Assembly: GCA_051530055.1 (NCBI GenBank)
Contig: CM121341.1
Span: 5,744,784 to 5,808,783 of the forward strand
DNA length: 64,000 nucleotides
Direction of reading: 5' to 3'
Source: Neoechinorhynchus agilis
Taxonomy: Eukaryota; Animalia; Acanthocephala
Shown here: positions 1 through 11,351 of the stretch, one piece after another
How positions within the stretch are numbered: position 1 is the first letter of the stretch
Layout of the letters: each line of letters starts with the position of its first letter
Notes under the pieces: generated by a model
Told to the model about the DNA's origin: nothing
What the model saw: the letters and a program-made list of their open reading frames with translations, nothing else
Databases searched by the model: none
Made by a program: the position numbers and the translations under genes

Positions 1-6
1 TAAGTT

Positions 7-154
7 CTTGTTTTCGGCGTAAAAAAATAAAAAAGACTTTATCAGATCCGTGTTTTGGGAACCACAATCTTGTAACGCGTTTATCATTCGCACTTGAATG
101 TGAGCCCAAAAAATCAGACCTAATAAATTCTTTAGTTTTTACGCCAAAAACAAG
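7..154. mobile_element. Short TIR/foldback element (MITE-like), same family as 38818-38985
   Basis: Ends CTTGTTTTCGGCGTAAAAA ... TTTTTACGCCAAAAACAAG are inverted. About 85 bp (16-102) is nearly identical to 38820-38906. Confidence 0.65.
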
Positions 155-418
155 TTTGTATTAGTCACAGCATGGATTCCTTTTTTAACACGGAAGAATT
201 CACGATGAGTACGTCATTATTTGTGTTGTGCATGATTCTATCTTGGTTTTTCAAGGAAGATTTATTGGAAAGTATCGGTCGGGTCGCGTTATTCACAATA
301 TTCGTTGCTATTCGCCACAAACGAACTAAATATCCAATCGTTTCTTTCTTAGGTGCTTTTTTTCCAGAAAATACGCTGATGGGCGTTAAATCTCGAACTA
401 TAAACCACGAAAAAAATA

Positions 419-1138
419 GAGATTGTTTTCTTATTCTCAATATATTTCGCCGGACTTCTTCGGGCTGTAAAAGTGTTTAATGAGCACTTGAACGTCTGCT
501 TATTAAACACATTTTAACAGCCTCAAGAAGTCCAACAAAACAAACAAAATATATTGAGAATAATAAATCTTTATTTTTCAATGATTTTGCAAAAATCTTC
601 TTTACGGAAAAGAATTCGCTGCAGTGAATGCATTAAATTTTTTATAGACCAAAAACTATTAGGAAAAAAGAAAAAACATAAATATGCTTCGAGAAGAATA
701 AAGGAAGTTCCGCCATACTCAACCATTTTCTACAACAATTTTTATGGAAGTCATCATAAAAGGAGCCGTGTTCAAAGTCCTAAATAATTATATCTACACC
801 AAGAAAGCTAAATCACTAAACTCCATGATTAAAAAACGAACATGGAAACAAAGCAATGTATTTTTTGGTGATAAGAAAAACGGAGATTGTTTTCTTATTC
901 TCAATATATTTCGTCGGACTTCTTCGGGTTGTAAAAGTGTTTAATGAGCACTTGAACGTCTGCTTATTAAACACATTTTAACAGCCTCAAGAAGTCCAAC
1001 AAAACAAACAAAATATATTGAGAATAATAAATCTTTATTTTTCAATGATTATGAAAAACTCTTTTTTACGGAAAAGAATTCGCTGCAGTGAATGCATTAA
1101 ATTTTTTATAGACCAAAAACTATTAGGAAAAAAGAAAA
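419..1138. repeat. Two direct copies (419-674, 883-1138) of a 256-bp unit containing an imperfect ~140-bp palindrome
   Basis: Copies are offset by 464 bp. Internal arms ATTCTCAATATATTT..GGACTTCTTCGGGCTGTAAAAGTGTTTAATGAGCA pair with TGCTTATTAAACACATTTTAACAGCCTCAAGAAGTCC..AAATATATTGAGAAT. Confidence 0.85.
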
Positions 1139-1299
1139 TAATATTTCCCTCCCCGCATAGAAGATATTGAAATATTTCGCGAATAAAAAACGTCAAAATT
1201 CCCAATATTTCGTCCGTAGATCAGGGTGCCTCTATCCTGAGTTTTGGCCTATAATCCGCCCTATTTGACTGGAATGCTCACTTGGTATCCTCATTGTCA

Positions 1300-1720
1300 A
1301 AAATCAATCTCATGATTCGATGTTAGGACTTTGGTCCGTTTCCTTGTTCAACAGCGTTTAGATGATTAGTGTGCCCAATTTGTTGACTTTTGGGCATTCC
1401 GAGATGGAGTCGGCTAAAGGATTAACAATGCTGGACAATTTCTCGCTCTTGTCCTACTTCAGGATTCGGTTCCATTGAAATGGAACTTCCAAAAAGAAAA
1501 CCGGTTCTTTAGGTTCGTCATAGCGCTCGTCCCGAATACATCGAGCTATCTTGCTACTCGGATAATCCTTCCTTAGTTCATGGCATAGGACATTCTGATC
1601 AGACCAATATCGAAATGCTCTCCGATCCTCACTACTTTGTAGGATATTGATTGGGAAGATCGTCTTAGGAGAACATCCAGAAAAGCTAAGATGCTTTTAC
1701 CATTTCTGCGTCCCATTTTG
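1300..1720 (-). pseudogene. Possible decayed Penelope-like RT C-terminal fragment
   Basis: Minus-strand translation RNGKSILAFLDVLLRRSSQSISYKVVR resembles the PLE 'N..LpFLDv.i.r......vYRK' block. Frames are broken by stops; this is a weak by-eye match only. Confidence 0.25.
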
Positions 1721-2485
1721 TACGCTAATCGCACACACATCCAATTCGTATTCGTAGTTGCTTGCTCGTATAGAAAGATTTAAATGTAATTAAAAGAGAG
1801 AAGCAAGGCTGTGATGCCGAGAGAAGTGTTTTGCTAACGAATATTTTTAATCTGTCATTTAAATTAAAGACTGAGAGAGAGCAAGGTCCAAGAGTCTTTC
1901 TTTCATTAGATAAACATTTTCTAATCGATAATTGGGTAAAAGATTTAACCTGGCTAGATGGGGACGATAAAATGAAAAGCCAAAACGATGAATTTATTGT
2001 TTAAATAAAATCGACATTTTGCGCACTAAAACGTTATCGTAAATTGACGCCAAGTCCTCCTGGTCCACCTCTTGTTCACGAGACTCGAATTTAACGGAGT
2101 TCACCAATGACGCTATAAGGGCAAAGATCCTAGGTACCGAAATTTATTTTATTTCACCTATGATCACATTGGCTCAAAAAGTCAAATAAAGTTGAGGAAA
2201 TACATTTTATCTACAAAATATTCTTGTGAAATACGACGCCATTTTCCAATCGCATGATTAAGTTTTGTTTTTTAAAAACTGACGCTTGACAAATAAGACT
2301 GTTGTAGTGGTAAATGGAAAAATCTTTATTTTCGAAAGCTTATGGAATTCCGCTAGAGACAAAAACCCGAGGGAGATCTTTAAAGACCAGTATATTTCGA
2401 CCGATTGAATCGGCGATCTCATTCGGGTGTCGACAAGCGACCTAAACAATAACATATCTAACCACACCCGAATGCAATCCTCAGC

Positions 2486-4705
2486 CTAGACAAAAAAACC
2501 CACAAGAACTTCTCAATATAATCAGGACGAAATTTTTAAGCTTTACGCGAAAACTCTCGGAGATCAAGATTTTTTTTGTAACTCCAAGAGCTCTGAGTTT
2601 AAAGTGTAAATTACGGCTGGGGAAATGCGACGGAGGGTTCTGGACTTCATTTAGAGACAAAAACCCACAAGAACTTCTCAATATAATCAGGACGAAATTT
2701 TTAAGCTTTACGCGAAAACTCTCGGAGATTAAGATTTTTTTGTAACTCCAAGAGCTCTGAGTTAAAGTGTAAATTACGGCTGGGAAATGCGACGGAGGGT
2801 TCGACTTCATAGAGACAAAACCCCCACAAGAACTTCTCAATATAATCAGGACGAAATTTCCAAGCTTTACGCGAAAACTCTCGGAGATCAAGATTTTTTT
2901 TGTAACTCCAAGAGCTCTGAGTTTAAAGTGTAAATTACGGCTGGGGAAATGCGACGGAGGGTTCTGGACTTCAGTTAGAGACAAAACCCCCACAAGAACT
3001 TCTCAATATAATCAGGACGAAATTTCCAAGCTTTACGCGAAAACTCTCGGAGATCAAGATTTTTTTTGTAACTCCAAGAGCTCTGAGTTTAAAGTGTAAA
3101 TTACGACTGGGGAAATGCGACGGAGGGTTCTGGACTTCATTTAGAGACAAAACCCCAACAAGAACTTCTCAATATAATCAGGACGAAATTTTTAAGCTTT
3201 ACGCGAAAACTCTCGGAGATTAAGATTTTTTTTGTAACTCCAAGAGCTCTGAGTTTAAAGTGTAAATTACGATTGATGAAATGCGACGGAGGGTTCTGGA
3301 CTTCAGTTAGAGACAAAACCCCTACAAGAACTTCTCAATATAATCAGGACGAAATTTTTAAGCTTTACGCGAAAACTCTCGGAGATCAAGATTTTTTTTG
3401 TAACTCCAAGAGCTCTGAGTTTAAAGTGTAAATTACGATTGATGAAATGCGACGGAGGGTTCTGGACTTCAGTTAGAGACAAAACCCCCACAAGAACTTC
3501 TCAATATAATCAGGACGAAATTTTTAAGCTTTACGCGAAAACTCTCGGAGATCAAGATTTTTTTGTAACTCCAAGAGCTCTGAGTTTAAAGTGTAAATTA
3601 CGGCTGGGGAAATGCGACGGAGGGTTCTGGACTTCAGTTAGAGACAAAACCCCCACAAGAACTTCTCAATATAATCAGGACGAAATTTCCAAGCTTTACG
3701 CGAAAACTCTCGGAGATCAAGATTTTTTTTGTAACTCCAAGAGCTCTGAGTTTAAAGTGTAAATTACGGCTGGGAAATGCGACGGAGGGTTCTGGACTTC
3801 AGTTAGAGACAAAACCCCACAAGAATCATAATCAGGACGAAATTTTTAAGCTTTACGCGAAAACTCTCGAGATCAAGATTTTTTTGTAACTCCAAGAGCT
3901 CTGATAAAAATTACGATTGATGAAATGCGACGGAGGGTTCTGGACTTCAGTTAGAGACAAAACCCCCACAAGAACTTCTCAATATAATCAGGACGAAATT
4001 TCCAAGCTTTACGCGAAAACTCTCGGAGATCAAGATTTTTTTTGTAACTCCAAGAGCTCTGAGTTTAAAGTGTAAATTACGATTGATGAAATGCGACGGA
4101 GGGTTCTGGACTTCAGTTAGAGACAAAACCCCTACAAGAACTTCTCAATATAATCAGGACGAAATTTCCAAGCTTTACGCGAAAACTCTCGGAGATCAAG
4201 ATTTTTTTGTAACTCCAAGAGCTCTGAGTTTAAAGTGTAAATTACGATTGATGAAATGCGACGGAGGGTTCTGGACTTCAGTTAGAGACAAAACCCCCAC
4301 AAGAACTTCTCAATATAATCAGGACGAAATTTTTAAGCTTTACGCGAAAACTCTCGGAGATCAAGATTTTTTTTGTAACTCCAAGAGCTCTGAGTTTAAA
4401 GTGTAAATTACGACTGGGGAAATGCGACGGAGGGTTCTGGACTTCATTTAGAGACAAAACCCCCACAAGAACTTCTCAATATAATCAGGACGAAATTTTT
4501 AAGCTTTACGCGAAAACTCTCGGAGATCAAGATTTTTTTTGTAACTCCAAGAGCTCTGAGTTTAAAGTGTAAATTACGATTGGGGAAATGCGACGGAGGG
4601 TTCTGGACTTCAGTTAGAGACAAAACCCCAACAAGAACTTCTCAATATAATCAGGACGAAATTTTTAAGCTTTACGCGAAAACTCTCGGAGATCAAGATT
4701 TTTTC
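2486..4705. repeat. Tandem satellite, ~161-bp unit, ~14 copies
   Basis: Unit AGAGACAAAACCCCCACAAGAACTTCTCAATATAATCAGGACG...GGTTCTGGACTTCAGTT recurs. Identical ORFs at 3439 and 4083 are 4x161 apart. Confidence 0.97.
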
Positions 4706-4842
4706 TTAAATTAAGAAAATAAAGTCTTGCTAGCCGATAACTTTTTAATTTGGTGTTTAATTCTGCCCTTTTTTTGCCGGCTGATGCGTTTTCCTGGAAA
4801 AGAAAATAATGTTTAAAATTTCCTCGATTGGTGATATTAAAT

Positions 4843-5115
4843 TCATGGTGATCTCTGATTTAGAAAACGATCAACTTTCGGGCCGATTGAATCTATATGT
4901 TGATTTCGCCCACAACTGGATTCTTGACAACTAGCGTCTGACTCTTTTTCGGTATCGATTGAGTAGTTGAGCGTTGAAGTGGGCGTTAACAGATCATCTG
5001 AGCGTTCGGTACTTTTGCTGACTGTAAAGTTCCTTAAGGACGGATGGATCCACTTACTTTTTGTACCGACTTCAGTTATTACAAACAAACCGATCCATAT
5101 TATAATCGGGATCAT
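4843..5115 (-). CDS. Small orphan ORF with hydrophobic N-terminus (signal/TM)
   Basis: MIPIIIWIGLFVITEV followed by a Ser/Thr-rich polar tail; no family recognised. Confidence 0.3.
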   Translation of the reverse strand: MIPIIIWIGLFVITEVGTKSKWIHPSLRNFTVSKSTERSDDLLTPTSTLNYSIDTEKESDASCQESSCGRNQHIDSIGPKVDRFLNQRSP

Positions 5116-5186
5116 TTAGGAAAACTAATGCGATTCAAGTGTTGCCCCGAACTCATACACAAACCTCTCTCTCTCGCTTTATGTCA

Positions 5187-5588
5187 CTACTCATCATCAC
5201 GCACACGATGACAACAAAATTGAGCGTTATTGGGAATTGAAAGGTCAGTTAGTGTGGCTCTCGTGTCTGAGAGTTGTCTCCTTTTATAATAAAGCACGAA
5301 ATCGTGTCGATCTAGGCCGTATTTGCTTTCAAGAGCCGACCAAACGTTATGAACATTTATCTCGCTCTCACAATGCAACTCAATTTCACTTCTTACACAC
5401 GCTGGACCGTACTCTTTTGTCCTTAGACCGAAAATATCAATCGAAAGATTCCTAATGAAAATATACTTGGATTCCGTTTCAGTCGTTGTTGCTACATCGA
5501 AAATCTCCTTTTTTCTAGGTAGACAAATACATTCGTACTTGCAAACAGCGTCGTCGAAAAACTCATCCGTGCATCGAAAATGGTCCAT
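5187..5588 (-). CDS. Ubiquitin-like (beta-grasp) domain protein
   Basis: IFIRNLS...VHNVWSALESKYGLDRHDFVLYYKRRQLSDTRATLTDLSI matches the Ubl pattern 'IFVK...vk.ki..k.Gip...q.Lif.GkqL.D..TL.dy.I'. There is no C-terminal GG. Confidence 0.5.
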   Translation of the reverse strand: MDHFRCTDEFFDDAVCKYECICLPRKKEIFDVATTTETESKYIFIRNLSIDIFGLRTKEYGPACVRSEIELHCESEINVHNVWSALESKYGLDRHDFVLYYKRRQLSDTRATLTDLSIPNNAQFCCHRVRDDE

Positions 5589-6381
5589 TTTTTCAATCTT
5601 AACGTTTTATAATTTCTCCAAATTTGTTTCCATGGCAACAACTTTTTTAGCCTTTACCTCGTTGACCGAACGAGAGTATTCATTATAGTTTCAATTAGCG
5701 ATGTTTTATTCAAAAAAAAAGATTTATATTAAAAAATTTCGGCCTACTCAATCTACAATTTAAAAGAAGCATTGTCAAATAGTTTATCTGGTGGGAGACT
5801 GAGTTTGTAGTCAGCTTTGCTGGATAATGATGACTTCCATAGTCACTATGTCGAGTCTTACGTCACTAATCGCGAGAACCTCGACGTCATCAAAATTGAT
5901 CTCATTTTTCCGGTCTTGCTCGCTTTCGGCTACGTTGTTGCCGAGCGCTGCTTGTTCGGTACATGAAAATCTGCCTGCGTCGTTAAAGATTTGTATGAAG
6001 GATACTTTTTTTTGAAATAAATTTTTGCATCAAATGATCGCCCTTAAACTTCCAAATATTAGTCGCCTACGATTAATCGGGACGCGATCGCATGCTGGTC
6101 CCATTGGGAAGTGACTAAGACAAATCAATGACGATCCGAGTGTCCTTTCGACCATTACACTAATAAGGCAGCTGAGTTATCTCGAGCGGTGGCGTAAATT
6201 CTGCTTCGAATCCTTCCTTTTCCGAGTAAAAATGGGTCGTGGGACACTATTGCCGAGCTCACATCAAACTTTTTAATAGCATCGAAAAATAAAATTCTGA
6301 CAAAAGTTTTGCAAAAAAAGAAGAAATTTGTGTGTTTATAATTGCTCAAACCATTAAACGCCGATTTATTTCTTTTTATTT

Positions 6382-7453
6382 TTAGTGATGAGAATGCGTT
6401 CTCGGGATTTGCTTTAAAAACTCACCCACATTACCCGGTAAATCGAAGGCATCCCAAGGTACTCGAGATTCATCAATCCACTTGTCACTTCCTAACTTGG
6501 TTCGTTCGGTCTCATTGAAAATCCCACACAACGAAGACTCGAAATCATTGCCTTTGTCGACCATGTAGAGCAAATAATAATTGCACATTTCGTCATCCAT
6601 TCCAGGTCCGATTTGGACTGCTCGGTTTTCGTAGTTGAACATTGAACATGCAGCTACAATACGATCGTTTTTTGTGATTTTCGAATTGCTGGAGATCAAT
6701 TGATACGATTGGTTAATGTAAATTGACCTCGAACCAATCAGAGTCCATCGCTGTCCTTCTGATTCCTGGTGAACAATGTAGCCGTATCCTTTGTATCCGT
6801 GACTGTGTCCGTGAACCCTATATCCGATTGGGCGGATTTGAATATCGGATGATATCTTATTTAAGAAATTCTGGTCAAAGATTGCTCAGCCAGAATTTCT
6901 CTATCTTACAAATTATCGTGTATAAATAAGCTTGATTGGCTAATATCATGCCTTCATCAGCGGCCATCGCCAAGATTCCAGCTTCATGCTTCACATCATT
7001 GTCTCTGGCCACTTTAACCGTCAGAAGCGACGAACTGTTTTCCTTTTGACCTTTATAGTGGAACTGTACAACCAAAATTCTGCTTGGGTCTATTCGGAAT
7101 CCGGTTAAGGGCGGCAATTTTAAGCTTCCTCCTCCAAAAGACGTGGAATATAAGACTTTTATACGTCCTTCCGAACTGCACACTTCCTTCATAGTGTTAC
7201 ATCTCCGAATGCTTGACTGTACGGATGATTTTGGACACGAAAACAATATTGCGTGATGGACGCTATCTTCATCTAGATGAGGATCGATTGCAACTACAAA
7301 GTAAGATTGTATTGGCAACTTAAACGATTTACACAGATACGCGTCTCGAGATGTAAGAGAAGAAGCGTTTGAGTCCAAGGTCAGATTAAACGATTGAATT
7401 TGTCGAGCTGAAGCTTCGTAGGAAAGCAAGCCGAAAAAAGTGAACAGAATCAT
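6382..7453 (-). CDS. Phm: Monofunctional peptidylglycine alpha-hydroxylating monooxygenase (PHM; Cu type II monooxygenase), 2 coding segments
   Basis: Signal peptide, CuH ligands (VHHAIL, VQFHY) and CuM ligands (YRVHGHSHG, DEMCNYY). The HxH motif is in a second frame upstream of the 6382-6699 ORF. One frameshifting 49-nt insert lies at 6853-6908. No PAL domain follows. Confidence 0.92.
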
Positions 7454-7864
7454 TGTCGCGACAATCGTTAAGTAGTTTATGGAGATGCTTTGTTGCTGCT
7501 TAGTAACAAGTGCGCAGAATTCCCAAACGTTTTGGGCGATTCTTTGTATTGTCCGTCGTACAAAATGGATGAATTGAAAATCTGTTAAAAATCAAGCGTT
7601 ATTCTCTATTAACAATAAGCCCAAATCGCATTCGTGTCCAGAACGAGTTTACGAAATCCGCTATTCATGATTCTTTGCGTCTTCTCTAAAAATATTCTCC
7701 TCAAATGATTTTCTCTGTGAACAGGCGCCTTAATCATTCAAATTTAATAAAAGAACTTGATTTTTTAGAAATTTATTGCAAAATAGTCATTTTTAGAGCA
7801 AATATTTTCCCCGCTGATTCAATATTTTTGTTTCGTACGTATTTATTTTAAATCTTCGCTGTAG

Positions 7865-8353
7865 ATGAACAGATTTCTTTGCAGGATTAAGGCCTTTAAG
7901 ACTCAAACGGCGACGATTACAGTTCTTCGGCCAACGTCAAATTTTCTATTTCGAGCACGATCGACGAAATCAAACGATTTTGAATCATTGGCTGATTTTA
8001 CACTTGACAGTATATCTGACCAATTGTCCAATGTGACCGACAGCGAGGATAAAATACATGAGCGCAATGCGATCAATCAGAAACTCGATCATTTTTTCTC
8101 AAATGGTGTGCTTGAAATTACTGTGAAGAACGAGGGAGAACATGAAAATGTTTTTATTTTAAATAAGCAATCAACTAACCAAGAGATTTGGTATTCTTCG
8201 CCAATTTCTGGTCCAAAGCGATATCGACTATCTTGCGGCGGTAATCGAAATCGATGGCTTTGTACACGTGACGAAAACGATGATCTTGTAAGCCGATTAA
8301 GCAATGAACTTGGCAGCATATTGTCAATTGATTTGCGCCTTAAGGAAGAATAA
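7865..8353 (+). CDS. FXN: Frataxin (mitochondrial Fe-S assembly)
   Basis: Basic transit-like N-terminus; GVLEI, FILNKQSTNQEIWYSSPISGPKRY is the frataxin signature. Single exon, head-to-head with PHM (~410 bp apart). Confidence 0.96.
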   Translation: MNRFLCRIKAFKTQTATITVLRPTSNFLFRARSTKSNDFESLADFTLDSISDQLSNVTDSEDKIHERNAINQKLDHFFSNGVLEITVKNEGEHENVFILNKQSTNQEIWYSSPISGPKRYRLSCGGNRNRWLCTRDENDDLVSRLSNELGSILSIDLRLKEE

Positions 8354-8484
8354 TTATTTATTTTGACCTGCCAAGCTTGGTCATATGTTAACGTTTTGTC
8401 TGTCAAGGTAAATTATAACAAAGTTAAAGTATTTCTTCAGACTTTTCTAAAAGATATCAAATCCATACGTTGGCTGTCTTGCCT

Positions 8485-8853
8485 CTTTCAAAAGAGATCA
8501 AAATTCTCAATCGAACGCTGCCTCAGAAAGTGTCCAATTTTTATTTCTCTTAAAAATAAAAGATAAAAATTAGTCCGCGAATGAAATGCGGTGATTATCA
8601 TTTCTCCTGAGTTGAATTCTAAATTTTAACTTTGTCTGATAAACTCGTTTGGATGAATAGAATTTGCTCCTTTCAAAAGAGATCAAAATTCTCAATCGAA
8701 CGTTGCCTCAGAAAGTGTTCAATTTTTCCTTCTCTAAAAAATAAAAGATAAAAATTAGTCCGCGAATGAAATGCGGTGATTATCATTTCTCCGGAGTTGA
8801 ATTCTAAATTTTAACTTTGTCTGATAAACTCGTTTGGATTAATAGAATTTGCT
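8485..8853. repeat. Tandem duplication, 185-bp unit x2
   Basis: 8485-8668 and 8670-8853 are near-identical (CTTTCAAAAGAGATCAAAATTCTC...AATAGAATTTGCT). Confidence 0.9.
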
Positions 8854-10665
8854 GAGAGGGGAAATGATAAAAGATAAGAAGATTTGCAGTTGCTCCACAC
8901 TTGAACTCGTTAGTGAGATGTACTCTTGATTTGCTAGATATGAGAAAAAAGAGAACACGAGAATGTGATTCGGCCAAATGACTTAGTGTCAGAAATCTCC
9001 TGGAGTTTAATTGGTCTAAAGTACGGTCGTAATAGGACCTCCGGATATCTCATTGGTAGCTTAATAAAGAAGATGCTGTGTGACTCAAGACGGAGGAATT
9101 GCTTTCTTTGCGAAGAATTCGTCAGAATATCTAACAAGTGTTTGCGTCAGTCTAAACGAATCTTTTTTCGTTGTTTAAGGTGAGTAGTAGGACAAATGAA
9201 TGTCTACAAATAGCGCCCAGTTGGTTCCTTCGCCCATTTACACGCTCCCGGTGATGATTTTACCTTTTGTACCACTCGTTTCGCCCTTTAAAATTTCTGT
9301 AACCTCATTTTTGTTTTTCCATGAGTTATCTTCGTAGTGCACTAGTTTCGGATTCTTCTAATTAATTTCTATTTCGTCTTTCGTTGAAATTAAGTGAATG
9401 TCATTTGACTAGAAAATAATATCTCTACTCATTTTTTTAAAAGAGTTGTTATTTCACTTGGCTATACACAAACTGACACTTCTCTGTTCGAATATTGTTC
9501 AACTTTCTGTATTCGTTTTTATCAAACATATTTGTACCCTGCTGCGATCCTGTGAACTTCCATTGTTGGGGGTCTCCTAAACTACAGCCTAAAATTAACC
9601 TCTACACACTTATGCAACCCTTGTTAGCTTTCATTTTACTTGAAATGACGAGAAATGCCATTATTATCCGCATTGAAGGTTGTAAAACGATCGCTTTTTA
9701 AGCACCGATTTGTGATTAATTTGCAATGTATGATTATGGTTTGATTTATGTTTTCGACCTCCTTAAATACGGTACAATGAATTGTCTCTGAACCGCCAAA
9801 CAGTTTTTTTTCTCTCTCAAAATCTATTGATTTACATTCGTAAGAATGAACGCCATTTTAAGAGGCAAATCTGGGTGATCAATTGAAATCACGGAAACTC
9901 CCTTAATTCGAACTATATCTTACAAACGTTTTGGTTTTCACGAGGTCATTGGTATACATTAGACATCATCTTTACTTGTGCGAAATGTCTACAACAAGTA
10001 CATCTCACCTTTTTTTTCGAAAAAATCCTTTGTCTTAGATTTTGAATGTTTAATCGCTAATATTCGAGTTTGCACACCAACGACGACTTTCATGAGCCGT
10101 CTAGAAAATCCGATTTCTGCGATCAGTTTTTTTGCGATTGGCGAAACAATCTCCTTTGCGTCTTGACTCGACGGAGTTTAACAATTGACTCAATTTTGGT
10201 TATGCCTAGTTTCACCTTTCGTCGCGTGACAAAAGGGCTTGATGGTTTTCAGCCTTGCAATTGCTTCTGATTTGCCATGAAACGACGGTGGAAGATGATT
10301 GTTCAAGCTGCTGGTGCTACGGTTTTGGCTTTTATTTTCGTTCAGTGTGTTACAATGTTATTTCTGTTTCACCGATGAACTCGGCTCTAGAAACTGCAGC
10401 GACGCTCTGTGAGTCTTTACGTTTTTTCTTGGCCTAAAAATAGGAATTTAAAGTTCTTTGACAAAAAAATACCTTCGGAACTAATCTTCTTTGCGGTTTC
10501 AATGAGTCTAACTGTGTTTTTTTTCAACTGAGACCACATTTCGTCTGCCCCTCGAGCTATGATTCATTTCGTTCGGCCTCACGTCTGGCTCGTAAACTAC
10601 ATTGCAACTCTCATTCCTCGTGGCCATTCCCACAAAAGGCACTTGTCTGCTCAACTGAACACTCA

Positions 10666-11108
10666 CTACTTTCTCTGACGACTAAAACGGCGACATGCAT
10701 TGTCTAGTGCGAGACTGAACTTCTTGGTGAAAGAATAATTCATGCAGGCGATGAGTGGTGAAAGTCGCACACAGGTGCTTACCATTTTGGGGGGGGAGAA
10801 TGAGACGACAGTTTGGTAGCGAGCGTGAGACATTGTATTCAAGCTAAGCTGCAAAAAGCTCGTTTTCTCCCACCAACGCTGATTAAAAAATCCACCATTG
10901 CATCCCCGGTAAAGCTTCATGCCCTGTTCGAAAATGTTCTTGATTTTCCATACGAATTCGTCTCAGATCTTGAATAAGAAATTGCTCCCGTCAAAACAAA
11001 GCGCAAGTCTTGAAAATGTGGCGTAAATCGATCATAACTTTGTGTATTGCGGATTTTTGTTATCCGGTCGAAAAAGCCGAATTCGGTTCCCATTATTGTT
11101 CGATTCAT
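10666..11108 (-). CDS. Unidentified probable coding region (two overlapping frames), divergent from the DnaJ gene
   Basis: ATG-initiated protein-like ORF 11108-10917 overlaps a second ORF that ends in a GTAAGC donor. No family recognised and the junction is unresolved. Confidence 0.3.
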
Positions 11109-11351
11109 ATAGCACTGGTTTCCATACCACTGTTATTGTCATTTAAACGCCTAAAGACTTTTCAAAATCCTCAAATTACCTAATATGTACAAAAGATCCT
11201 TTTTTTTAGGTATACTCGAGACGGATTTAATTTATAAGGGACAGCGCATTTTAATTCAGTTAAACGGACTATCACTACTGCTTCTAAGTAGCCACATGCG
11301 TGTGTGGGTTTAATGACTCCCTTCAGCTTTTTAGATTTCAATTCGTTTATT

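Noticed and set aside
2481-4466. ORFs in the 161-bp array
   Set aside because: They are periodic translations of a non-3n satellite, on both strands, with no domain.
5240-5470. 18-aa insertion in the Ubl domain as an in-frame hairpin insert
   Set aside because: No inverted repeat, and the only direct repeat (CGGTC) is 21 nt apart.
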